A DNA stretch of 64,000 nt from a virus (taxonomy: Duplodnaviria > Caudoviricetes), in IMG/VR virus record IMGVR_UViG_3300031867_000002, positions 1-64,000 of that record; one strand, 5' to 3'. The notes below the pieces were generated by a model. The model did not search any database. It saw only the letters and a list, made by a program, of their open reading frames with translations, and was not told where the DNA came from. The position numbers and the translations under genes are program-made. This document shows, piece by piece, positions 10,320-19,700 of this stretch (positions are counted from its first letter, which is position 1; the number at the start of each line of letters is the position of its first letter).

Positions 10320-10615
10320 GAAATGAACCCTAGCATATCGCTAGGGTTCTACTTCATGAAAGGAATCAATATTATATAGCCATGAACTCACAGGGGTTCA
10401 GATATCTTCATAATTAGGAGTAAGAATGGTAATAAGCTTAACAGCAATAAAGCTAGTGAACAGAAAGTCTTATGGTGATTTTGCATTAGATGGTACCTAT
10501 CTAACAATCAGTGCTTTGTTCTATGTCAGCAGGCGGTATAAAGCGTTTATAATTCTTACTCCCCGCGTAAATGTATTGGTAAATGTCCGAACGAATAATC
10601 TAAAACCAATACATT
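10320..10615 (-). ncRNA. Candidate structured non-coding RNA of about 295 nt
   Basis: Late promoter 10615-10626; two 11-bp perfect stems (10570/10615 and 10417/10562) with nested hairpins; terminator 10325-10349. Confidence 0.5.
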
Positions 10616-10643
10616 ACTTTATAGTTGGTAGTTTATTAAATAA

Positions 10644-11807
10644 TTATACTATATTATTATAATTATCAATTAGAATAGCATAATCTGGAATAGAAGTGAT
10701 TAGGTCAAGTACAGCTTCAGCATACTTTCTAATCTCATATTGTGCATGTGAATCTGTTCTAAGATTTAAGAAAGCAATAAGACTAGATAAAGTGAATGTC
10801 ATATATAATCTACCACAATTAATATTTGCTGGTAGGAATGCTCTTGCTTCTTCTTTATTAAGACCCTGTTTAATTAGTTGGTTATATACTTTAGTAAGAC
10901 CAGTTGCAAGTACAGTAAGAGGTGCTGTAATTTTATTACCAAAGATTTCTACAGTATATTCTTTATCATCTGTATAATCTGGTACAGGAATAGTAAATGA
11001 AGCGTTCTTAGCATTTACATATCTCTGAGATTCTTGTGTAATAGCATTTCTATGACGTACAAGTTGATGTGTTGCTGTACGAGACATATTATAGAATACT
11101 ACTGTGATAGGAAGAATATTGTAGACTACATTTCTATTAAATCCAGAATGAAGAATAATCTCTGCAATATTATCAAGTTTTGTAACAAATGGTTCATCCG
11201 CTCCAAGCATGATTCTCTTAGTATATTCTTCTCCATTAGTAGTAAGACCATCAATAGCAGTTTCTAATTTGATACTATAATCAATACCAGTATTAGGTTT
11301 ATCGATATTCAATATATCTGGCTCTACATCAACAAAGTCATCGAAATTAATATGCTTACCTGTACCATAGAGTTCTTTTACAGTATTTTCTTTAAGAATC
11401 TTACAGATGTCACGAATAATATCATTTCTATCATATACATCTGATTCAAGATTGTTAAGAAAATGCTTATATGCTCTGATACTACCATTGACAATAAGAT
11501 TATAGTTTGTATTTTCAAGTTGTACAGTATAGAATTCTAACCACTTAGAATATTCTAATCCAGTAAGTTCAATGATACTATTATGAAGACTATAAGGGAT
11601 ATCATTGAAAAGAATACAAAGTTTGCCATGTTCTAAAATAGATTCATGACCAGCATTGATTCTTTTACCGATATAATCCTTCTTTTCTAAATAATTGATA
11701 TTCTTTGTATTGTTATAACAACAAGTACAAGCCTCATAGATATTATTTACTAGACTATTCTTATAGAGCAATCTAGCATTCAGTTTGATTGAAGATAATC
11801 CGAACAT
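10644..11807 (-). CDS. thyX: Flavin-dependent thymidylate synthase (long, two-module type)
   Basis: GHESILEH; SRTATHQLVRHRNAITQESQRYV; EEARAFLP; LRTDSHAQYEIR. Confidence 0.92.
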   Translation of the reverse strand: MFGLSSIKLNARLLYKNSLVNNIYEACTCCYNNTKNINYLEKKDYIGKRINAGHESILEHGKLCILFNDIPYSLHNSIIELTGLEYSKWLEFYTVQLENTNYNLIVNGSIRAYKHFLNNLESDVYDRNDIIRDICKILKENTVKELYGTGKHINFDDFVDVEPDILNIDKPNTGIDYSIKLETAIDGLTTNGEEYTKRIMLGADEPFVTKLDNIAEIILHSGFNRNVVYNILPITVVFYNMSRTATHQLVRHRNAITQESQRYVNAKNASFTIPVPDYTDDKEYTVEIFGNKITAPLTVLATGLTKVYNQLIKQGLNKEEARAFLPANINCGRLYMTFTLSSLIAFLNLRTDSHAQYEIRKYAEAVLDLITSIPDYAILIDNYNNIV

Positions 11808-11810
11808 GTG

Positions 11811-12605
11811 TTACTCCTCCTTGTTTATAATAGATACTATTTCTTCACAGATTTTATTAGATGATTTTCTAATAGAACCTGTATCATCAAATATATTAAT
11901 ATAATAGAACTTGATTGGTAATAGATTAAATACTCTATCCTGTTCTATAAGTCCTACTATATTATTTAATGATGAGTTGATTCTAGTTTGAAGTTCTATA
12001 TTTGAATCAAAGTCTTTCTTATATTCTATAACTTCTGTTTCATCTACAATGATATCTGCTAGTAAAGGATTAGCATTATTATTTAGAATGATTACATTTA
12101 TATCATTAAATGTAGGTGGTAAGTATTTATTAATAAACTCTTTTAAATATTCAAGTTCTAAATTTTCGTTAAATTTTGATATTCCAGGCATATCTCTATA
12201 TTGATATAGATAAGTAGATAAAAATCCTCTATCACATATTTCTAATACATCATCTGGATATGTTAATATATATTTCTCATTATATAAAGTATCAAAACTT
12301 GATATCATATCACATATCATAGTATTGATAAGACTTTCTAGAATACTCTTTTTAGTTTTATAGTATTCTTCACTGTCTACTTCTTTATTAGTAAATCTAT
12401 ATTCATTCTCTTTATATAGAGTATTTAGTTTATTGATAGCATTAGTAGCATCTTGAGTAGGATACTTAGAGAATCTTATTCTATTATACTTTATAGATTC
12501 TATGAATTGATTCTGTTTAATATTAGAGATAGTAGTGGTTTTACCTACATTATCTCCTCCTTCAATAAAGAATACATGCTTCTTACTTACATTTATATTA
12601 GACAT
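11811..12605 (-). CDS. Thymidylate-kinase-like dNMP kinase
   Basis: FIEGGDNVGKTT P-loop and CDRGFLSTYLYQ (DR...S..YQ of TMK); adjacent to thyX. Confidence 0.75.
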   Translation of the reverse strand: MSNINVSKKHVFFIEGGDNVGKTTTISNIKQNQFIESIKYNRIRFSKYPTQDATNAINKLNTLYKENEYRFTNKEVDSEEYYKTKKSILESLINTMICDMISSFDTLYNEKYILTYPDDVLEICDRGFLSTYLYQYRDMPGISKFNENLELEYLKEFINKYLPPTFNDINVIILNNNANPLLADIIVDETEVIEYKKDFDSNIELQTRINSSLNNIVGLIEQDRVFNLLPIKFYYINIFDDTGSIRKSSNKICEEIVSIINKEE

Positions 12606-12699
12606 AATATCTACCTCCTTATAATATATATGTTTATTACTTAGAAGTTTTTAACTAACTATCAAATATCTAGACATGATATTATTTTACAAATTCGGG

Positions 12700-12711
12700 A
12701 ACAAATATATA
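12700..12711 (+). promoter_or_regulatory. Late-type promoter AAC(A/T)-N6-TA (representative copy)
   Basis: Same spacing at + 15869, 16527, 41226, 43293, 48659, 60514 and - 1977, 2081, 6703, 10309, 10626, 12649, 22010, 25187, 26279, 26805, 36893, 36998, 38495, 38598, 39994, 48622, 49672, 53630, 57674, 63501. Confidence 0.8.
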
Positions 12712-12936
12712 AAATAATCCTTGTAGCATTCAGGAACGGAGAACTTGGTTGGGGCGGTGCTCTTTCAAGTTAGAAAAATTTCAAAGAAAAGTGGAACGAT
12801 AGTTGAATAGGTTTTAATTATAGGTGTAGTTAAGTTTCAACGCTATCGTTTATTATTTATATTTGTGCTTACGCACTTATATTTGCCACTCGGCTTACAG
12901 CCTCGTGGCTCTTATTTATTTTTTTACCACTACAAC
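12711..12936 (+). ncRNA. Candidate structured RNA or long structured leader
   Basis: Follows a late promoter; stems aacttg/caagtt, aacgatag-ttgaa/ttcaa-cg-ctatcgtt, gtgc-ttac-gcac, gccac..ggct-tac-agcc..gtggc, possible closing ttgtag/ctacaa; no ORF. Confidence 0.45.
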
Positions 12937-12991
12937 GATTATTTTATAAGTTTCTAAGTGACGTCGTATACCGTTTTGAAAAGGAGATATT

Positions 12992-13405
12992 ATGATGGTA
13001 ATATTTGGCAGAAAAAATAATAAACAAGGGACATATGGATTTAGTAAATATGATAATGAAGGAAGAGTTATATATTCTGAATCTAAAGGTTCATTTGGAG
13101 AATTAATTAAGCATCATTATAAGTATAATGATTTGGGAATGCGTATATACTATGCTGAATATACTAATGATGAACTTACTTTAGAAGAATCTAAAACCTA
13201 TATTGGTAATCTTACTTATATAAATACTATTCTATATAAAGAGAATGTATATAATAAGAAGATTGTTAATAGTATTGGAAGAGAGATATATATCAAATCT
13301 ATAAATCTTAATGATAACTCATCTATTACTAAGATATATGACAGTGATACTTATACATATAATGTACAATATGGATTTGAAATCTTTATTCCTCAATCTG
13401 TGTGA
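12992..13405 (+). CDS. Hypothetical protein with YD-like beta repeats
   Basis: KYDNEGRVIY, KYNDLGMRIY, NSIGREIY repeats; AAGGAG SD. Confidence 0.6.
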   Translation: MMVIFGRKNNKQGTYGFSKYDNEGRVIYSESKGSFGELIKHHYKYNDLGMRIYYAEYTNDELTLEESKTYIGNLTYINTILYKENVYNKKIVNSIGREIYIKSINLNDNSSITKIYDSDTYTYNVQYGFEIFIPQSV

Positions 13406-13478
13406 TAAGTATATATAATATAAGTAGAGAGACAGGATATCCTGTCTCTCATAATTTTATTTAAAAGGAGTTTTTATT

Positions 13479-14042
13479 ATGTACGATGAAACAACAAGAC
13501 AAAGGGAAATGCTTATCAAACAAGGAGATGAAATAATAGCTATAGAACTTGACTGTTATATTGCTGACTTGATTGTAGCGTTAAACAACAAACAGTTTTA
13601 TACAGAATATTGCTGTTCTGGACATATGGAAGATGCGTTCATGGGATTCTATATTAAGTTTTATCCTATGGATTCTGTATATGAATGGATTATAAGAGCT
13701 TTTGTAAGTTCTATTTCAGATTTATATATAGAAGACAACTACACATTTAGTACAACTATTGATATATCCAGTAACTATATTCAATTAGTTGACCCTACAC
13801 CAGAAGAATTAGCTATGGCTAAACAACTTGTATTTAGAGGAATGGTTAGTAAAGAAGAAATGAAACAATGGATATCACATTCAATTACTATAAGACCAAA
13901 ATTTGTTAACGAATATATGACTAGTGATTGTTATGACTTCGACACTATGGCTGAAATAAATAAAAAGAAAGTATTTGATGCTATTGCTAGACTTGAAATG
14001 CTTACCAATAGTTTCAAGGTTTTCTCTGAACCGTTAGATTAA
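13479..14042 (+). CDS. Hypothetical early protein with TxxCCSGH motif (TYW3-like N-terminus)
   Basis: LDCYIADLIVALN...TEYCCSGH. Confidence 0.6.
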   Translation: MYDETTRQREMLIKQGDEIIAIELDCYIADLIVALNNKQFYTEYCCSGHMEDAFMGFYIKFYPMDSVYEWIIRAFVSSISDLYIEDNYTFSTTIDISSNYIQLVDPTPEELAMAKQLVFRGMVSKEEMKQWISHSITIRPKFVNEYMTSDCYDFDTMAEINKKKVFDAIARLEMLTNSFKVFSEPLD

Positions 14043-14091
14043 ATACAAAAAAGAAGGGCAAATAATCAGCACCCTTCTTTTTTTGTTATAT

Positions 14092-15771
14092 TCAGTTTTT
14101 GTCTTCAGAATCATATGTTACAACATTACCTGTGCGATTAACATAGATATTGTCCGTTATAAGGTCGGTTTCAAGATAGTCTGTTTTATTACTGATATAA
14201 ATCAGTGTTACACCGAGTCTCTTGAATTCCTCGGAGAGGTATTCAAGACAAGTCAGACTTGTCTTGATATCTAATGCGGCTGTGACTTCATCCATCACTA
14301 TGAGGGCACCTGGATGCCTTCTTGCATAGAATAATGTTCTGGCCAGATTGATTCTCTGCTTCTGACCAGTGGACAGTTTGTTGCCGTTCTCTCCTACAGA
14401 ATCCTTGACAATATCAAGGTCAACGGATACTTCTAAATTATTTAACATATCCATAATTTCTTCCAAATCTGCCTCCTCATTCATTGTGATATTGTCATAG
14501 ATGCTCATGTTGAACATCTCTGATTCAGCGAACATGTAGACAGAATCTACAGCAGGGATGGTTCCCTCAGTTGGAGCATAGGTATTTGTTAGCAGTTTAG
14601 CAAGAGTAGATTTACCGAATCCACTCTTACCAGTGACACAATAACGATGTCCTCTTTTAATTTGTAATTCATTAATGCAGAAATTTACAGCATCTTTATT
14701 TTCTGCATCATAAGAGAATTTTACATTTTTGATGACAAGTTCGTTGCCGATATTTACTCGAATCTTATCATCCTTTTCGAGATTGCCAAGTGTTTTTAAG
14801 GCATTCTTTTTCTCGGAATAGTTATCCATGACCATTCCGATATATCCGCCGATGTTATCAATGACATAAGACATCATTATAACATATAAAACTGTGCTTG
14901 TATCTTCCCAGCACATAAATGCTGAGAAAGCCGTCGGAATCCACATTATTCCGTAGAATAATGTGTTTACCGTTTGTGCGGGAATTGCAAGCATTCTTGC
15001 GAATGTTGCAATCTGCTGTTTTTCTTGCCTGTTGATACTCCAACTTTCTTTGTTGAAATACTTTACGGTTTGACTGTTCTTGATACAGTCAACCGTTACA
15101 GTACTTATTTCAGCTCTTGCAGCGGCTTGCCTTTTGTAAGACATGTAGTCTGCTGCTTTAAACGAATACCACACATATAAGAATATACATGTGCAGTTTA
15201 CAAGAACTGGAAGTATACCTGCAACTTCCCATTCTTTTTTACACAGCATGAAGAACGGGATGATATTCGGAATAATACTCATTACTGAATCGACCATTCC
15301 TTTATCACAAGAAGCAATTGTGTTTATTGCATTATTTGCTGCACCTGTTGAAACAGATGAAATGGAGCTCAACTTGCTGTTAGTGAGCTTAGTTATCCAC
15401 TTCATGTAATTATGGTCGAGAAGCCAGTGCTTCGTGACCTTGCCAATAGTCTGGTTAATTATTCTTATAATCATCCACAGAGCGATTAATTTTAATAAAG
15501 TGTAAACAAACTCCATCTTCTCATACTTTGTAATATCGGAATACAGTTCGTTTACTTTAGCAATATTCTGTCCCATCAAATAATTCGTGATTGTGGACAG
15601 AATAAGAAACACCGCAATGGGTACATTGCGACATTTCGTAATCACTGTTTCGAACTTTTCGAAAGCCTTAACTTTTTTGGCATCTCTAGCCTTCTTAGCA
15701 GCAGCAATTTTTGCTTTGAGAGATTCCTTCTTGGTGGTTGCGGATGTGGTTGTTGTCATTGTCTTTTTCAT
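14092..15771 (-). CDS. ABC exporter half-transporter (TM domain plus ATPase)
   Basis: Several hydrophobic helices; GKSGFGKS Walker A, LSTGQ signature, IVMDE Walker B, AALD D-loop. Confidence 0.9.
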   Translation of the reverse strand: MKKTMTTTTSATTKKESLKAKIAAAKKARDAKKVKAFEKFETVITKCRNVPIAVFLILSTITNYLMGQNIAKVNELYSDITKYEKMEFVYTLLKLIALWMIIRIINQTIGKVTKHWLLDHNYMKWITKLTNSKLSSISSVSTGAANNAINTIASCDKGMVDSVMSIIPNIIPFFMLCKKEWEVAGILPVLVNCTCIFLYVWYSFKAADYMSYKRQAAARAEISTVTVDCIKNSQTVKYFNKESWSINRQEKQQIATFARMLAIPAQTVNTLFYGIMWIPTAFSAFMCWEDTSTVLYVIMMSYVIDNIGGYIGMVMDNYSEKKNALKTLGNLEKDDKIRVNIGNELVIKNVKFSYDAENKDAVNFCINELQIKRGHRYCVTGKSGFGKSTLAKLLTNTYAPTEGTIPAVDSVYMFAESEMFNMSIYDNITMNEEADLEEIMDMLNNLEVSVDLDIVKDSVGENGNKLSTGQKQRINLARTLFYARRHPGALIVMDEVTAALDIKTSLTCLEYLSEEFKRLGVTLIYISNKTDYLETDLITDNIYVNRTGNVVTYDSEDKN

Positions 15772-15891
15772 AATTAATTCCTCCTAAATATATAAATTTG
15801 ACAGAGAAGACTTAACTCTATCAATATAATAATATACAGTCTTATTTTTTTTGTTTTACAATAACTATAACTTAATTATAAATGCGGGTGT

Positions 15892-15977
15892 GGGGGTGTG
15901 CTGGAATAGGCAGACAGGTTAGCATTAGAAGCTAATGTTTTTGTAGCGTATGGGTTCGAGTCCCATCACCCTCACCA
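15892..15977 (+). tRNA. tRNA-Leu (TAG)
   Basis: Acceptor gggggtg/caccctc, anticodon arm ttagc-atTAGaa-gctaa, long variable arm, GTTCGAG T-loop, CCA. Confidence 0.9.
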
Positions 15978-15993
15978 TTTATATATAACAGAG

Positions 15994-16407
15994 GTGATTA
16001 GTATGGAAATATCTAAAGTAAAAATAAATCAGGATGGCAGATTAAGAGCATATTATAAAAATGACAAAGGAGAAGATAAACTTATTTCATATCCAAAACT
16101 TATAATGGAGGAATATTTAGGGAGAAAATTATTAGATGATGAAGTAGTTCATCATATAAATGGTAATCCATTAGATAATGACATTTCTAATTTACAAGTA
16201 TTAACAAAGTCTGAACACGCTAAATTACATAATACTGTTTATCACGATAAAGAAGCTGTATGTGAAGTGTGTGGTAAAACTTTTATTTGGACTAGTATTA
16301 GACAGAGAAGATATTATACTGATTTAAAAAGAGGACTTAATAGAATAATATCATGTTCAGCTAGTTGTTCTTCTAAAAGAGCTAGAGATACTCAATTAGG
16401 AAGATAA
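15994..16407 (+). mobile_element. Free-standing HNH homing endonuclease
   Basis: LIMEEYLGRKL..DEVVHHINGNPLDNDISNLQVLTKSEHAKLH plus CxxC...CSxxC zinc finger; lies between two tRNA-Leu genes. Confidence 0.88.
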
Positions 16408-16417
16408 TTATAATGAT

Positions 16418-16506
16418 GCCGCTGTGATGAAATAGGCAGACATAACGAACTTAAAATTCGTCGGTGAAATATCCATACGGGTTCGAGTGTCCCGTCAGCA
16501 GCACCA
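16418..16506 (+). tRNA. tRNA-Leu (TAA), atypical T-loop
   Basis: acgaa-ctTAAaa-ttcgt; T-loop ttcgagtgt (9 nt); C-A mismatch in acceptor stem; CCA. Confidence 0.75.
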
Positions 16507-16540
16507 TCATATTTTATTAAATATATAACTTATTTATAAT

Positions 16541-16615
16541 GGCCCCTTGGTCAAGCGGTTAAGACTCCAGATTCTCATTCTGGCATCATGGGTTCGATTC
16601 CCGTAGGGGTCACCA
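16541..16615 (+). tRNA. tRNA-Glu (CTC)
   Basis: ggcccct/aggggtc acceptor, ccaga-ttCTCat-tctgg, CCA; own late promoter at 16527. Confidence 0.9.
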
Positions 16616-16696
16616 TCAGCTTATTAAAAGCTGACAATTTCCACGTTTTGTTTCAACATTTTCTCCAATATTTTATTTTATAATTCTCTGATTTTA

Positions 16697-16733
16697 ACCC
16701 CGCAGGAACATAGAGTCCTGCGGGGTCTTTTTA
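16697..16733. terminator. Intrinsic terminator
   Basis: accccgcagga-acataga-g-tcctgcggggt followed by a T tract. Confidence 0.8.
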
Positions 16734-19700
16734 TTAAAATTTGTGTCTTACTGAGTATTCTTGTTTGATACCCATAATATCTTTAACCTGACGGTCTAGT
16801 TCAACTAGACCCTTACCCATTAATGTGTATTGTAATGGAGCACAGCACATACGTTTATCGAAGCTAACCATAGATGCAATAGCATCAATTGGTTCATTAG
16901 GTCTATAAGAAGATGTAGGTTCTTCCCCTTCAGGTATTACTTCTTTAGCTACACCCTTTTGTGCACCTAAGAAGATTAGCTTATCTCCTACAGAGAAGTC
17001 GTCTTTATATGCTACAAAGATTTCAATCAATACACCATCTTCTACACCTTTAAGCTTACCATCTTGCTCAAGCTTTTGTGCTTTATATTGTTTAGAAAGA
17101 GTTTCATCGTATTTAGCAACCTGAGATGCTTTACGATTTTCTTTCTTTTCATATTCAGATACAATCTTCTTTAAAGAAGGAGACATCTCGTCAAGTTCAC
17201 AAGTACGATATATTCTAATATCTTCTACTATACCAGTATTATGAGATTTAATAGGAATACGTCCAAGAGAAGTAACCGTATCTTCATCATCTACAAGATT
17301 CTTTAAGAGTACGTTTACATCATTATCTTCAAATGTATTCTGAATAATTAATAATGGGTCACCTTCTTGTACAGGTTCTCCTACTTTAACCATGTTAAAT
17401 ACGTTAGTATTTTTAGATAATGTTACTGGTACTTCCATGATAACGCTAGAAGAAAGAGCGTCAGATATATAGCTTGACACCACACAAGAGTCTTCGAAAC
17501 CTTTATCTGATGTGATAATGGCAATCTTTGCAAGAGTACCTTGATTATAAGTAGCATTATCGTCATAACCACAATTAACAGTGTAAGACTTTGGGTCATA
17601 TGCAATCAACTGTCCTTTCTTTACAGTTTTACCTAATCCTTTTGCTGGTTCAAGTTTAATAGATGTATAAAAACCGCCATCAGAGTTTTTATAGACTTTA
17701 TTATTAAGGTCTACATAGTCTATATTACCATTATCATATTGTACTACAATATGGTCTTCATCTCTTTCAATGATTCTACCATCTGATTTAGCATTGAATG
17801 TAAATACATCTGGAGTAAATACAGAAAGAGCATCATCCATGCCGTTTGTAATAAGTAATGGGTCACCACCATCTACTCTCATATCATGCTTAGTTCTTTG
17901 TACATATGACATTGCAAGACGGAATGGGTCATCGTGTGTAGTACACATTGGAGTAAGATTTTCTGCAGTAGTCATAGTATTTACATCATTCATTGTATTA
18001 TTTTTAGCATCACCAGAGATATAACCACGTTTACTATTTACATTAGCATTAGTAGTAGCAACACGAGTAACACCAACAGTACCAGCAAAACCAGTAGACA
18101 TTCCTAATACATTAGTCATAGATTCATCATAAGTACGCTTTTCAAGAGAATAAGAACGGTCACTATTAAGACCAGATAATCCCTTAAAAGATACAGTATT
18201 ATTTGCTTCAGCATACCAAAGGTCATTAATTGTAGATGCATCAGAAGCTGTAGAGTCTGCCATAATAGCATCTATAATTGCAGATTGTTTAATTGTCATT
18301 GTAGCTTTACCTTGTTTCTTAAGCTTAGTTCTGTAATCAGCATAAGCTTTAGAAAGCTCCTTATAAGTATAACCAGCAATGATTTCATTTGTTCTAAATC
18401 TATTACCAGAGATATCTGTATGTTTATTAAACTTAGTATCGGAGAGTAAGTTATTAGAATAAATTAATCCCTCTACAAACTCTTCTGGAAGTTTATACAT
18501 TCTACATACACGCTGAGTAATAGGGTCAAACATTAAGTCATAGAAGTTATCAAGACCATCTGCTTTAATACGTCCACCAAAGTTGTCAAGCTGTTCTGTC
18601 CACATAGTTTTAGTATTAATATCCTTAATAGAATAGTCTTCCGTATCACATTCTTTAAGACCATTCATTAAGAGAGAAGAATTATAGTTAATTTTATAAG
18701 AAAGATAACCATCCTTGAATCTAATAGTATCCCATTCTGTTACGTCAAGTTTCTCTCTCTTATCAGAAATCTTATATTCAATTGCTGCCTTATTAAGAGT
18801 CTTGATAAGACCTTCGCAGTATGCACAAATAACAATTACTGGCATTTTAGTATTAAGAATAGATGCTTGAGAATATGCATACTTGACAGATGGCTTAGCA
18901 GCATCATAATGTTCTGCGAATTCTTTATCTTCACAAAGAGTTTCCGCAATAATGGTAGCACAGAATTTAGAACCATCGGAATAAATAATCTGTTTACCAT
19001 CATATCCAATTGGAAGACCCTTAGACAGGTCAATCTTATCAGCATACTTTTCTCTAATCTCATCTTGGTCAAAATAAAATGTGGTATTCTTATAAGAGAT
19101 TGTTACATATCCTTTACCAATATCAGCATAGTCCATCGGAATCTCATATTTAAGAGCAGTAATATTATTACTACCATTTCTAGTCATGATAGATTTACCA
19201 GAATATTTATCTAATGCTTTGATAAGTTTACCAGTAACTACATTAGACTTACCAATAGCAGAACCAAACTGATAGAAGAAAATCTTATTATAGTTTGTAG
19301 TAATCTGTGTAGTATCAGCTTCAGTCTTAATGATAGGAAGATTCATTAACTGAGCGTTAATAGTTTTATCATTGCCTTTGATTCTCATAAAGCGATTATT
19401 CTTAAGTAACGGAATATCAAATTTAAGATTGAATCTTGTACCAGAGATATCTTCGCATTGTACAGTCCATGTTTCTTTAAGGTCTTCAGATGTAGTAGTA
19501 TTTTCTACCTGCACATCTCTAATACCTACAGGAACTGTTCTAGTAGCAAAGAAATCTAAGATAGCCATAATATCTTCGTCTACATCATATTCTTCGTTGA
19601 AATTAATATATTGTAGATTATCCCATTGGTCATTATTGATACTATTAATATTAGCAGATGTAACTTCAAGCGGTTTATCATCACTTATATCTTCAGACTT

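Noticed and set aside
10426-10662. 78-aa + strand ORF preceded by AGGAG
   Set aside because: The SD-like sequence is one arm of an 11-bp stem, no + strand promoter is visible, and it overlaps the thyX end; not fully excluded
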